Assembly (NCBI GenBank): GCA_038496445.1 | Contig: JALMLS010000612.1 | Location: forward strand, 124,001-188,000 | Source of the DNA: Trichosphaerium sp. ATCC 40318 | Lineage: Eukaryota > Protista > Tubulinea | DNA length: 64,000 nt | Reading direction: 5' to 3' | In this document: positions 37,191 to 53,629 of the stretch, piece after piece | Numbering within the stretch: the stretch's first letter is position 1 | Layout: each line of letters opens with the position of its first letter | The notes under the pieces: model-generated | Told to the model about the DNA's origin: nothing | What the model saw: only the letters and a program-made list of their open reading frames with translations | Database searches by the model: none | Position numbers and translations under genes: made by a program

Positions 37191-39168
37191 TTAACTCGTG
37201 GCCTTTTTCTTTGATTTGCTATCCTTGCGCTCTGGCTCGTCAATCTTCAATGCAGCACTTAAATCCTTGAAGCTGCTCTTCTTTACAAACTTGTAATTCT
37301 TTGGAATATCAAAAGTCTTGTCTGGTATCTCATCTTCGGAGTAATGAAGAAAAGATGCTGTTGCTGTGATAGTAGGGAACACAGGTATCTGTACCTTGAC
37401 AGGGAATCCATCATTAGGCAGTTTAACAGAGACGAAGCTAGATAGATTTCTAAAGTGCTTATGCGTTGGACTCAAGACTTCAAAGATAGGCATAAGGTCT
37501 TGGATTGTACGTGGAAACGTCTTGCAGATATACCAAGTTCCTTTAAAAGTCCTATCCTTTGAAGATATTTTTTCCTCTGCGTAGAGCAAGGCTTTATCGC
37601 CGTCACTCTCCTCCTTCAAGTAATCAGAGTATTTGAATTTACTCAAATCATCTCCAAGTGAATGATCCATTTGCTTAACACGTGTTCCTACTGGGAGCCT
37701 AACAGTATTTGTAAGATGACGTGTTTAAATTTTTTTTTTTTTGGCTTGTGAGATGCCTTGTTTTAGGAGCTGACGTACTTGGTTGCGTTTGCTTTAACGT
37801 AGCGCCGTAATATGGTGGTATGAAAGTTTTGCATCTCGTATACACGGCACGAATGAGGGCCTACTTTGACGTCTTTTCTCGAATCACGCTCTTTAAAATT
37901 GACCTTGGACAAGTGTCAGTTTTTGGTATTTTTTTGTTTCCTACAAAAAATTTGTACGTACATCTACGTCATCTGCTAGAGTGCGTATAATATCACGCTT
38001 TAAAGCATTGGTAATCCTCCTGTCGACTTCATGTGCACTTTTTTCCCAAGCAACCTCGATAGTCTTCTTTTCATGGTGAAGTTCTTTTAAGCCTAAACAA
38101 AACAACATCAGTTAAAAAAATCGTAGGATAAAACTCAAAAAAAAAAGAACCACAACAAAACAGAGCGGGCAAACCGTACCTTCTTTTTCTCCACCGAATA
38201 CCAAACTTTGGTCCTCTCTTAACCATTTCATATTTTCAAAACCTACCAGAGTGGTATCTACTCTTAGTTTATCACCCTTCTTCCATACTTTACACCTAAA
38301 ATATCGTTATTTTGGTAAAAAAGAGAATTGCAAAAAAAAATTTCGGCATTAATGTACACATCATTGGGCAGAAAACGTGATACAAGAGGGACCTATTTGA
38401 GAGTGTCAAAATATAATTTTAACGTGTACACTACGCACCCAGCTTGAAAATTCCCATTTTATCTCCATGTAGAAGTCGGGTATCTACTCAAAAATTACTA
38501 AAATCTTTTTTTTTACACGTGTAGTTTGTGTGACGCTGTACAATTACACCAATAGAAAGAATAGTCGTACTGCTGCTCATTTTTGTTGGTTGTGCCCAAA
38601 AAGGAGACGTACTGTTAGCATTGTTTTGGATAGTGCAGCAGCTCTGTCTTTATACTGTTGTTCTACGTAGCGCAATTGTGCAGCAAAAATCAGTTGTACA
38701 AGAGGCTAAGTTGCGTTTTAGTTTTTTTGAGTAGGGTAAACCCGAACGTACTTTTTGGCCAGTTGCGCATGCCATTTGTAGCGGAGACCATCCAGCTTTA
38801 GATTTGTAGATTGGGGACGCGCCTGTTGATGATGAGTGTTTACTATTTTTAAAAACCCGAGATTCGTCTGCGTACCCTGTTCTAGCAACCACCGTATAGT
38901 TTCTGTCTTCTTGAAGTGCAAAGCAAAATGCAAGGCGGTGTTTCCATGTTTGTCTCTCTCATTAATGTCAAAGTCTTCACTTTCGCGTAGTGTAGCCATT
39001 ACACCCTTTAAATCTTCCAATGAGCCATGTCTGATGAATGTAAATAATCCGGCTTGAAAATACCGCTTACACTACTGTTTTATGAAGCGGGTAGCCCATT
39101 TGCGCTTGTTGGCTAGGCTCAGCGGCTGCCGTGGGCTTTCCATCCTTGCTAGTTTTTGGTTCCGCCAT
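37191..39168 (-). CDS. ANKRD13-like ankyrin-repeat / GPCR-chaperone-domain protein
   Basis: [80 protein letters not shown]. Confidence 0.88.
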
Positions 39169-39326
39169 CAGACTTGCAGGTTTAGTTACTCCTGTACGGG
39201 AACGCAAGTTGTCACTGGTTTTGTCTCGATTTACTATATGACTTAAGAAATTAAGCGCAATTTTGGCTCAGATTTCGAAGTCATTCAAAGGCGCCCTAAA
39301 ATTGGCCAGGAAACATAACTTGAATA

Positions 39327-41715
<2,389 letters not shown>

Positions 41716-42534
41716 AAATTTCGGATAATGAGAAAAAAAACTCCAAAAAAAAACCAGCTAAAAAGAAGCTCTTGTGTTAACTTTCGTTCACAGAGTTTTT
41801 TTATTTATTTGGTGGGTTGATGGATTAGGTTATTTAACCTTGCTTCATTGACAATATTATAAGCGCTGTAGCATTTCTTTTTTTTGTTCGATAACGGTCT
41901 TTGTCCTCCTCATTTTTTTTTATACCCTTGTATTCTAAATAAACATATCTCTGTCTACGGTCTTTGTATTGTTTGCAAAAATATTTCTTAGCCTTAAATG
42001 ATATTATCGGAGCTTTGGATTACCCGTTTGGAATATCGTAAAACTGCTATGGTATAGCGAAGAGGATTCGATTATTTAGCTGTTACGTACAATAAAAAAA
42101 GAAGAATTGCAGATTATTTTTACGTAGACGGCCTTTATTTGCTACCACGTACCATAAAGCGGTACAAAGGGAACGTGTAGTGAACCGTACTATATTATGT
42201 GGTACAACCTTGATGCTAGAACGAGGTAGTATGGGTTTTTTGATTGTGGAAGAAATACTAAACTTGTGCAAGAAACATGCTTCAAAAGGATCCAATGTGC
42301 AACAATTAAACTTTGCTTTCCAAAGCGCTGCTTGGTTCAGGCTTTTCTTGGTCTAGACTTGCAAAGTGTTTGAAATATATCGCAATGCTAGGATCATGCA
42401 CTCGGGTGTTTGGGTATAACTTACGTCGCTTTACTATGGAGTTTTATAAATCATAAGAAGTCGTGTTTGTCTAAATTAGGAAAGACGATAGAAAAACAAT
42501 CCGAGGCCCACAACAAGCAACACAAAAATAAAAG

Positions 42535-45500
42535 ATGATAACAAAAATTGTTATTGTGGTGCTGTTTGCGTGTTTTGTTGGTGATCTTAAGAATACTGGT
42601 GTACAATGTGATGGTGGGTTTTCAGTAGTAGTTGAGGGTACGTGTTTGCTAGTTTTACGAGTGTAGTACTTGACAGTTGGTTGTTTATTTGTGTATTATA
42701 GCGGAAGTCTTCCATGTCGCAACAAACTTCTTTTATGCCACCCAAGAGGTAGAAACAAACGAATTCACGATGTCTCAGTGGATGAAAGTAAACATACCCG
42801 GCAAATACGGCACTTCGTTCGAGTATGCCCATACTGATGAGCTAGAGTTTACCCAAGATGGTTTTGCGCTATATTGGTACGTTAAAACAGCGCTAGTAGT
42901 AACACAAGAACTAAAAAAAAACTAGGCATGATCTTTTCTCTATTAATATGTTCGATGAACGGTACGCAGTGTTTCTCTTATAAGACCATGATTTTATTTT
43001 TGATTTTGACACCAGAAAAAAAGTAGCTCGTTTCCTTTTTTGTACATGCTTTAAAGTTTTTGATGTACCACGGTGAGGTTAAAATAACCTTAATCGCAGT
43101 ATTTATTTCTTTTCGGACACAAACCACCAATGTGAGAACAAAAACGGACGGAGAAACCTTAAATTGCCACCATTTTCTATAAACTAATGCGAAAACTATT
43201 TCTACATGTGTACTAGGGTTCTTGTGAATCCCTAGCGTCTCCAAATCGGGTTATTTTTTTGGGAGAACTTCCTTTGTTAGTCACAACAAAAATGTCTTGG
43301 TTTACTTTTTCTGACTGTTTTTTGTTAATTTTGTTTTTTAGTGTTGCACTTCCTGATGGAGGCGCACATGACGGAACTTGGCATCATATTGCCATTACAT
43401 GGTCTGCTACAACAGGCCGTATAGCGTTGTACCAAAACGGTGTATACGTAGCCGAAGATACCATTGTACGCCGAGTTTCTTTATTCGCTTAAAGTGGTAC
43501 AACGATATCTAATAGCTGCGTTAGCGCGTTGGAAAACCACTTCCACTTCGTGGTGAGATATTCCTCGGTAAAACAAGGCTTGGAGAAAAGCTTTACGGAG
43601 AACTTGATGACGTAGCTGTTTTTACAAAGGAATTAAATGCCTCTGAAGTTGCACTCTTGTATGAAAACGTCCTGGACAGTACACATCCTCAGTATAGCAA
43701 TATCTTTCTTCATTATAACTTTGATGAAGTCACTACGCCTATAGAAGAAACTTCAGGTAGTCATGCCTTATTTGTGCCTTATTCTGACATTTTATTTAAG
43801 TAAGAGATCTCGGCCCAAACGGTTTTACAGGCAATCTAATTCGCCCAAATGGTTAGCACTACATATTTACCTCGCTAACCTTTCCTTAGGCGAAAATAGG
43901 CGAACACGTTCTACTATCCCAGCTACTGGAAGCAAGTTTCATGTATTCAAAACACCATCGGTTGGAGCAAACAAAACTGTATACATTGAAACAAATGGTT
44001 AGTACAAATTGCCGTTTGGGTTATAAAGTGACTAATTTTGTTTTAGCAAGCGTAACGATAGATTCTCTGCCTGTTTATGGCGCTATTTACACAAACGACT
44101 TTTCTCCACTCGCAATTGGAGCTACTGTCCCTGCACCAGGCTCATTCATTTACGTTGCTAATGGAAACATGACTGACAGTGTATCTGATGTGTTTAACGT
44201 GACTTCATTGACCCAGAGTCATTCTGTTCTGGTTTACTTAAACAGGTAACGCGAAAAACCTTTGATACGTTATCACTTTATTAAGCTAATACTAAAAAGG
44301 CCACCAACTGCACTTTCTTTTGAATTTACTGCGCAGGAGGATAAGGTTATAGATATAATCTTAGGGAGACGATTATATCCGAAATTAACTGCACCAAGTT
44401 ACAGAGGTGTAGATCAAGATGCTGACCCTGTTACAGCTACAGGTATTTTTTTCTCATTTTTGTTTTACCAGAATTTATTAAGAAAGCTGCTTTCGGTTTG
44501 ATCTTTTTTATTTTAATGGTGGACTCACTTTTGTTCTCCAGTATTGAGTCTACCAGTTAATGGTGTTCTCTCTTGGAATGATACAAACTTGGTTGCACCT
44601 ATACCAGTAGGAGGGTTTTTAATAGATGACAATAGCATTACTGTAAGAAGTTGTTTTCTCTTTGTTGTTTTCCAAGTATTGACAATGTCGAAGGTTCAAT
44701 ATACTCCAGCACAGGATGTATTTGGCGCTGATATTGATTCGTTCACATATAGTATCACCGATTCAAGTGGTGCAACTTCTTCTGTTGGTACAGCTTCCAT
44801 CTCAATTGACGGTTTTGCGGATAAACCTATAGTGAAGGTACACCTTTAGTATCATTCACTCACGAACTAACACATTTAAAAGCCGTATTCCTTTACCACT
44901 AATGAGGATAATGATATTGTTATCACAATTGAGTGGGATACTTTGGAAGTAACTACAGCAGGTTCATTTTTTGATTGGTTTTTACGCTCTGTTTACTTAC
45001 TTGCCTTAGTCGATACCCTTATAATCGATAGGCTTCCTGAAAACGGTAAATTATATCAATATGATGCCACTACACTATCACGTGGAGAAGAAATAATTAT
45101 TGGAGCTAATCTAGCTCAACCTTTTGGGTACACGTTTTCTTCGTGTATGTACCTTCTAACGAAATGTTTAACAGTCAGTGGGTGAGTGAGGCTGATGCTA
45201 CATCGTTTTGGGATGCTCCTTTTGATGAGTGGGGTATTCCACAGATGCTTGGGCCTGCAGATGGGTTCCCAAAGTATGGCGATTTGCCAACAAATTGGGC
45301 AGGCGCTGTGTCTAATAAGGACGAAAATGTAAGTTTATAATTTTTATTGTAATTATTCTTGATCTGACCCGAAAATAAGGTAACTCTCGGATATCCTGAG
45401 GCCGTTTTCCCGAGTCTTCTTGCTGTACGTTTTGAGCGAATTTAGGATTATATTTACCTATTTTTGTTGAGTATTATGCGTTTCTACTTAGTATTGAAAT

Positions 45501-48438
45501 ACTTATTTTTTTCTTATAGATGTATGAAACATATTATCCTGGTAATGTAGTTGAAATTCAATTTTGGGATGATGTTGAACAAATATGGTTTTCTGTTGCT
45601 AATCCAGAGCCTTCTCCAAACTTGTATTTGAAAGGTAATGCTCCCGTTTCTACAAAAAAAAACCTCGCATAATTTTTTGGCTAATTATTTACAGCCACAT
45701 CTCGTATTTACCAACCTGAGATATGTCCACTTTCAATCAAAGTCAGGCAAGTTCGTATATACTTGCAAGCAGCTGGTGAAGGAGGATGGGCTGAATTTGA
45801 TGCAGTACGATTGTTTGGTACAAGAGAAATCGACAAGTACGTGAACTCCTTTATTCTTTTCCATTAGCAAACAAAGAAAATGGCCAACTCTTTTTTGGTG
45901 GTTAATGATATTAATTTATTATTCTAGGGCCATTATTACTGATAGACAAGGTCGCTTTATATACTCACCTAATGAAGATTTCAATGGTGTTGATACATTT
46001 GACTACAAAGTCAATAGTTGCAAATACTTTTTGAGTTTCCGTGATACTGGTATTGAGGCTACCCCTGTTAATGTACGTACCCATTTTGGCGATTGAACTG
46101 TTGTATATCCCTTTGGATACAATACCGTACTTATTTATTGTTGTAGGTTACTGTGTATCCAATCAATGATCGTCCTGTTATTCATACTTCTGCTTCTGTT
46201 GCAAAACTGGAAGAAGAAATAGATCTTTTGTTTAATGTTGTTGATGTTGATCTTAACCCTTTGACTATTACTATTACAAAACTACCAGAAGTTGGAGTTC
46301 TAACATATGGTGGTGAAGTTGTTTCAGCAGCGCCGTTCGAGGTAACAAGACTTTTTCTTTAGCACGTGAAGCGTTGACCGTTTTGACTAACTTTATTTAA
46401 AAGGGTTCGAATCTGACAGCGTTTACTTACAGATCTCTTTCTTCTCAATGTGTAAAACTGCAACGGGAATCGATAACATATATTACATATACTGTTGATG
46501 ATGGAACTCTTACATCATTGGAAGGGAGATTCAACTTTACAATCGAGTGCCCTAGTACGTTTTTTCATTGATAAACTTGATTTTTACTTCGACATTTTGG
46601 ATATTGTCACTACTATCGAATGTGTAACAACTCGCCAACGTTGTAAAAGCGTAGTGACTACATATGTAATTATCACTGCTATGTTTTAATCACAAATTTA
46701 AGTAACCTTAAGTCTTATCAGACGAGAAGAAATACACTCTTCCTTTTTTTGTTTCGTATTTTCTCCTTTTTCTTATGATATTGTTTAGCAATATATACTA
46801 CAAGAGAATTAAGTGATACAATATCTGGTGCTATTATAGCATGCTCTTTGATATCTGTCATTATTATTGCTGTCTCTATAATACTTGTGTTCTACTGGAA
46901 AGACACTAATACAATGACACGTGTATCTCCATTCTTTTGCATCTTGAATTTACTTGGTGCACTATTGGTAGCTATAAGCCCAATATTCTTGGTCTCAGGA
47001 GTACGTATACCATATTTCCGTTTTAGAAAACAGCACAGAGTGATAAAGCTGTCTGTGAAAGCGATTGTTGTCACAGCCACTCTTTTTTTTTTTTTCAGTT
47101 TTTCGAAGTATTCGATTTATTCTTGGTTGTATTAATTGTTTTTTAGATGTCTTCTTGTATGCCTTGGGTATGGTTTCTGACATTGGGTGTTACAATATTT
47201 TTAGCACCTATCATTGTGAAGACTTATCGTATAGATCGCATTTTCCACATTAAGAATATTGTCGAAAAACTGCCGATTACTAATCGTCACTTGATTCCTT
47301 TTGTTGGTCTCTTTACAGGAATACAATTGGTAACACTACATCCGTGTTTATGACGTATTACTTATCTAATACTTTTTTATAGCTCATACTTATTGTTTGG
47401 ACAGCAGGGTGGTCATTAAAAATGACACGCTTCGATGTTCCTAATGTTCCTTTTGAGCGTGTATCAATATGTTCTTCAAAACATGATGTCATATTCTGGG
47501 GTATTGAAGCCGTATATATTGCTGCCATTTTCGTTGCTGGATGTGTCTTGGGTATGGTCTAAACTATCAGTTTTTTGATTTTGTTTTTTTTGAAACGTTT
47601 TTTCGATGAGTATTCCTTCGAAGACTCTTCTCAATTCCACCCCCTTATTCTTTTTTTAACCTTATGTTTAGCGTTAAGAACAAGAAATATTCAATTCGGA
47701 AGTTACAAAGAAACTAAAGAAATTCTGTTTGCTGTACGTGTAGATGAGACGACAACCGTCTTTCTTTCCTTTTCTGTACTTTTTGGTTGACACGTGATTC
47801 TTTTTTTAGACTTATAATTTCACATTTGTAAGCATTGTACTTACACCAATCGCTGTTGTTTTACGTTGGGATCGTAATGTCTTTGCTGTTATCATCGGTT
47901 TTGGAACTATTTTTGCCATCACAATTTCAGTACTGGGTACGCTCTTACCTCATTTTTCGATTTTTTCTTTGGTTTGTTTGGATCTGTGCTTCCAACATCA
48001 ACATCAATACTGTACATACAAGTTTTATTGTACCAACATATTGTTACAACTACAACAAGAGTAAGGGTTGAAACAAAGCTCTTTTTTTGTTGTGGTGGAT
48101 TTTTAAGTTGTTTTTTTTTGACTAATGTTGATGTTATAGCACTATACCTCATGAAGTTCTATCGTATTGCTATTGAAAAGGAGAAGCTATCACTTAAGCG
48201 TAGCAATAATAGTTACAACGGAGCAAGAAGGAAACGATCTATTGGAGGAACGTCATCCGAAAATATGAAGAGTGCATCCACTGACACCAGTGGACAAAAT
48301 ACTCAAGTAGAAGAAAACAAAGTACCTACCTCTCTTTGTAACTTTTCTTCCTTTTGTTGTGTTTTTTCTTTCCTGTTGCTTATAGATATTATGCAGGAGG
48401 GAATAGTGGCATCATCGAAGTCTCATGAGTTGGTTTAG
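42535..48438 (+). CDS. Class C (7tm_3) GPCR-like protein with LamG/pentraxin and cadherin/Big_9-like ectodomain; 3' end approximate
   Basis: Signal peptide; HDGTWHHIAITWS..G...YQNG and LYGELDDVAVF (LamG); YTPAQDVFGADIDSFTY and YSPNEDFNGVDTFDY (Big_9-like); 7TM with SPFFC...G, IIVKTYRIDRIF and YKETKEILFA. Confidence 0.82.
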
Positions 48439-48827
48439 AATAGATAACAAAAGTCCAAGACTTTTTTTTGCAGAATAAAATAAGAAAATAATAAACATCG
48501 ATTTGACATCATATGCCTTTCGTCTAACAGTAAATATTCCAAGCAATTAAAATAATTTACTATAGTTCAAGAACCATAGCAAAAAACCACGTGATTACTG
48601 CTTGCAGAGGCAGATTTCTAGACAAAAGATGTATTATATTGCTGGATGTTTGCTTTCAGCATGTTCAAGACATACAAAAACGCAAGCGGTGCAGCTCAAA
48701 ATGAGTGTTAGAGAAAAGAAACATTGAAGGTGTACTACATTTCTGCACAAAACCAAATACTCAATCCTAACAGTAACCTTTCTCAATTATACCACGTGAC
48801 TTTCTTGGTTTATTATCAACATAGGTA

Positions 48828-49801
48828 CTAGATCCTACGCTTACACGGTCTTCTTCGTTTATATACAGGCGCCTAAAATAAATTTTAAGTTGTAACCATG
48901 ACTGCTTGAGGGTTTACCGATGTAGGCGCTTTTGTTGTAGGAGGTGGCGTAGGAGGTGGCGTAGTAGGAGGTGGCGTGGGAGGTGGTGTAGTAGGTGGCG
49001 TAGTAGGAGGTGGTGTAGGAGGTGGTGTAGTAGGAGGTGGTGTAGGAGGTGGCGTAGTAGGAGGGAGCGTAGGAGGTGGTGTAGGAGGTGGCGTAGTAGG
49101 AGGTGGCGTGGGAGGTAGTGTAGTAGGCGGTAACGTTGTAGGAGGTGGCGTTGGCAGCTCATACCTAAACACAGCTCTGAAGGCATTCGTGCTAACGAAC
49201 ATTTGTGGGAGGAAGAAACTAATTCAGATTTAATACGCTTTTTGACAATCTAATTAAACGCACCTAAATGAATTCGCATCGAATGCTACGTTTTGAGGGG
49301 CCGTAGACAACGATCCGGATTGCGTACCATCATAGTAGAACCCTAGCAAAAGTAGTTATAACTTTTTTCAATGAATACTTTTCGAACTGTGTTTGTACCT
49401 GTGACAACATTCTGCGCCATAGTACATGTCAAAGTCATAGCAGAAGTACCTATTATTGCATTCGAAGATATTATAGCTGACAAAGTGAAGGCAGCAGAGT
49501 CAACATCGACTGCCCATGTTAAAAACCTGTTGATAGCTGATGAGTATTCTACAGGATTGTCTAAATCGCTGACAATAAAATTAGGGACATTGGGCCCTGA
49601 AGCTCCATTCAATATATCGTTTCCATTAGAAGCAAGTATAAGAGTACAAATACCCATTTCACCAATAGCTACAGCAATTCTGGTTGGTAAAAACAACTAT
49701 TGACATTGCAGCAACTGAGTTTACAAAAATCCAATAAACGTACCGATTGAATTCACCATGACGATGCAGAAGCTCATTAACAAAGTAAAAACAAGCTGCA
49801 T
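48828..49801 (-). CDS. Secreted protein with a Pro/Thr-rich tandem-repeat tail
   Basis: Signal peptide MQLVFTLLMSFCIVMVNS, a small globular region, PPTT/PPT repeats, and last exon APVYKRRRPCKRRI* after a 45-nt intron. Confidence 0.7.
48935..49152. repeat. Coding minisatellite of (GTA)GGAGGTGGY units encoding PPTT/PPT on the minus strand
   Basis: Directly visible imperfect 12/15-nt tandem units. Confidence 0.9.
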
Positions 49802-50271
49802 TACTTGATGTTTCAAAGAGATGAGAAGTAATTTTGTGATCTTTTACATGTATTAAGACGTATTGTCACGTGAGTAAAATTGTGTACTATTTTTCTGTTA
49901 AAACGAATTATCAAAGTCGGAAACTGTTCTGTGAAGGTGTAAACAATTAACAAAAGTCGCTTTAACAGCTTTCAAGAACTAGATAGACATAATAGCTACA
50001 AACACATGTACCTCCTGCAGCCAATGTTTAATCGTTTTTTCGCTTTTTTAGTTCGTTCTGTCTGGAAAATTGCAATAGTCAAAAGTTACGTTCGGATCTT
50101 TAAATTACGGAGCTACAGGTGCGGACACGCTACAATCCTTCTAAATGTCTATACTTTCGAAGCGAAAATCGAAATCATGTGATTTTGTTTCCGTACTTTC
50201 TTGAAGTTCTTCAATTTCGACGAAAGCTGTTTGACCAAGTAACTTACAATTAAGCTGTTTTTTTAGCTTTA

Positions 50272-51372
50272 ATGGCAACGCAAACCGAAATAGAAGGTAT
50301 AGTACGCATACAGGACTTATGTGGGGAAATATGCCGGTGGCTAGAGCCGAACGACTTTTTATGTTTGTCAAATTGTTCTAATACAGTTCATGGTATATTA
50401 TCACGCAATCAGGCATTGTGTAAACGCGTATATGAGTCGCACTTCAATGATATTGATTCAATGGTTCAAATTGGCGATTCACCTGATGACGAGGGCGGAA
50501 TACAGCGTTATAGAATGGCAAAATGGTTTAGAGAAGTATTTTCTTGTCCAGATTGGTTGGAACGACTCAAAAAACGGTGTTGTTACTTAAAAGAGGTAAA
50601 AGAAATACAATTAATCCAAAGCTGATCAGTATAGGTCCAAAAAGTCGTAAAACGGGGTGGTAAAGGTTTTCTAGATGCTGACACGAACCTCCTAACGTTA
50701 AAAAACGCAAAAGGTAGATAAACCAGTTCATTCAACAACCACAATCACAATTTAACGACCTCCAAAACAGGGAACAATACAAAGTTTGATGGATATAAAT
50801 TTCACTGGATATTCATCTATTTGGACCCTTTAAAGCTACCTTCTACCAGGACTGCAACCGTCATTGTACCGTGGAATGACTTGTGTGTAGAAGATGAAAA
50901 ACTACAGGACGGTTTACGCTACGCGTTTTTACATCTAACAAAGCCGTCCACACCTTGTGTTAGTGTTGACCAAGAACACCGATACGACCTTTTTTTCCCA
51001 CATGTAGCTGAAACGGGTAACGTAGAAGCAGGTATATACGGAAGCGCAAAGCTTGTTTCAAACAGTGAACGCCAGTTTTTTATTGATGGGGAATTGACAA
51101 TAACAAGCACTGCTGATATGACAATGGGTTGTTCTTTCCTTACTTATAAAGATCCTTGTACTATAGTGTTCTGGGGAAGATTAATTCCATTCTTCTTTGG
51201 CGAAGAAGCCAAAATCAAACTTGATTGTTTATCAAATGTTGTGTTCAAAAATAGCACTGCAAGCGATGTACCTCTTAGGCCTAGAGGTGCTAGTGCGGCT
51301 GGTGATACATGTACTACTCTTCGCACAATCACAGATGATAATTGGACCATAACCAAAGGCAAAAAGAAATAA
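50272..51372 (+). CDS. F-box-like protein with an unknown C-terminal domain, 3 exons
   Basis: IQDLCGEICRWLEPNDFLCLSNCSNTVHGIL is F-box-like. GT-AG introns near 50596-50634 and 50714-50770. Confidence 0.6.
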
Positions 51373-51694
51373 ACAGCTGAATGTTACTCTGCAATAAAAT
51401 ATTGTTTCAAAATCTTGTGCCACATTAGTTGATTTATTTTCCTTGGTGTTAATGAGCGTTCATTTAAAGCTAATGGTTTGCCTACAAAGTGTTAAGTAAG
51501 CACTATTGTCATGGCAGTGACTGAACTGACACCAAACAAACTATGGAATCAGCTGTACAACATAAACGAAGGCTGCAATGATTCATTTCTTTTCTTGCAA
51601 TTGCTTACAATGAGTTTTAACAAAACACAATCAATTGATAGAGCGCTGAACAGATCTAATTTGTACAAGCTTTTTGTTACAAGCAAACTCAATT

Positions 51695-53393
51695 TCAGCC
51701 ATGCATGATACTGTTATCAAAGAAGTCATGGTCAATTTCATCCACAGCCTTTTTGACCACACTTTCAAGGTGTTTCTTGGTGCAAGCGGCTTTAATAAAG
51801 TCATGTTCAAGTAGTGATTTTGCTGATAGTCTTTTTGTCTTATCACAAACGCAAGAGTTTATGAAATCAATGCAGTCTGGATGTACTTTTCTACTATCAA
51901 GTTGAGGAGTTTGGTTTGTAGCAATCATATATACGACTTGCTCTGGTGGGTAGTCTATTAACCAAGGTTCCTGTAATAGAGAAAGTTAGAACATAGAACA
52001 AACCAACAAAGCGTACATTTGCAAGACAGTAAACCAATGATCCTAATGACCAAACATCACTTGATGGCGTCTTATCATCATTGAGTATAATCTCCTAATC
52101 TTATTAAATATGTAAATTAATGTCATTACAACGTACTGGGGCAACCCAATAAGGTGAACCTACTACACAACGTCTTGTAGGTATATCTGTGAATGGTAGT
52201 AACCCTGGGTACGTATCAAAAATAAACAAAAAAGGGATTATAACGGACATAGCTTAACTTCTCCGTTTATTCCAATATGTACTGATTCTTCTGCAATGTG
52301 ACCATGTACACATCCAATAGACTCCAAATATACCAAACTTTGTAGCACCTAATTATTTTGTCTTAAGTGAGTCATGGCAGTTCTTGGCTTTTGTCATTGA
52401 AGATTAGGGAAGCAACTTTTATCATTGACCTTTACCTGTCTAATAATACATGCTATTTCACTTTCATTAAACTGTACGTCTGTAAAATCGACGAGGTCTC
52501 CATAATCCTTCGTGTCTTCGAATACTATGCTAACATTATCTACATGAACTTAGTCAAAAGTTGCCCGTTCTTCTTTTTGTTGTTCTTGCTTTTAATAATA
52601 AACAAGTAAGATTTGGCCACGTGCCATTTGAAAGGAAGTAACCTTTGTATTCTATGAAATGTTTCTTGTCAAGATTCTTTAAGAACTCAACGGTTTGATG
52701 GAATATCTGTTTGCTTTCACAAGGTTTGAATTCTTTAATTGTCACTGCAACATTTGATACAACATCAAGAGCATAATAGTAGTGAGATGTAACATGCTCT
52801 GTATGCAACAAATTTGATTTATTAAAACCTAATAGAACGTCACCAAAGTAACCAAAGAAACAAAACCATACACAATGCTCAAATTGGTAGGAAAAAAAAA
52901 AAGAACAATGTACAAAGAACCAATAGGGTTAACCTTACACGAATTCATTGGGTAACAGCCATCTAGAAAAAGTTATTCTAGCACATAGTGACTAGCTGTT
53001 ACCCGATAAATTTGTGGCTGTCTAGCGTTCATACTGCTTCCCTACAGGTATCAACACTTATTCATAATTACCTTTGGTTTGGAGTGTTGTAGGCTCTGGT
53101 GCTTGTTTTATGGTTGGATGGATTCGAGGGAACGCAAGCGAAGAGTAGAATTTGTTAATAAAGTCTACTGTCTTTATAACGATTTCTGGGTTGTCTATTA
53201 ACTCCTGAGGCAATCGTCAACTGAAATTACTTAAATTAACATTATAAACACACTTTGGTTAAACCTAGAGTTTTTATATGGGCAATAACAGTTGGTGAGT
53301 ACTTCTAAAAGGGTTTTTGTTAGAGTTGTAACTTTAGGTATTCTATAATGAGCGTACGTCTACAATACAGGATGAAGTCGGAGTAAGCGCCAT
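51695..53393 (-). CDS. PAK/STE20-like pseudokinase
   Basis: VVGSPYWVAPE, SDVWSLG, EPWL..YPPEQVVYMIATNQTPQL and KRLSAKSLLEHDFI are present. The catalytic loop reads VHGHIAEESV and the DFG position reads WLLPF. Confidence 0.75.
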
Positions 53394-53629
53394 AAGCAAT
53401 TATACACCGTGTAAATTAAAAAGAAAGGCTTAATCGAACAAAAATTCATTAAGCAAGGCAAAATTTGTTTATTTGAGAATCAGTGACTGGCGGTACTAGA
53501 CAGAGACCTTTGTGCTTTTGCATTGTGGTATTGAATTACTTGTTAAAGGTAGCACTTTGTATTGATAAATGGTATCACTAAGTGAGTGGTGCACTTTGTA
53601 ATAGTAACATCTTGTTTTTGTATTTTTGT

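Noticed and set aside
48906-49233. Arg/Trp-rich, Gly/Val-rich and Leu/His-rich ORFs (similar ones at 25810-26483)
   Set aside because: These are alternative-frame or antisense shadows of Pro/Thr repeats.
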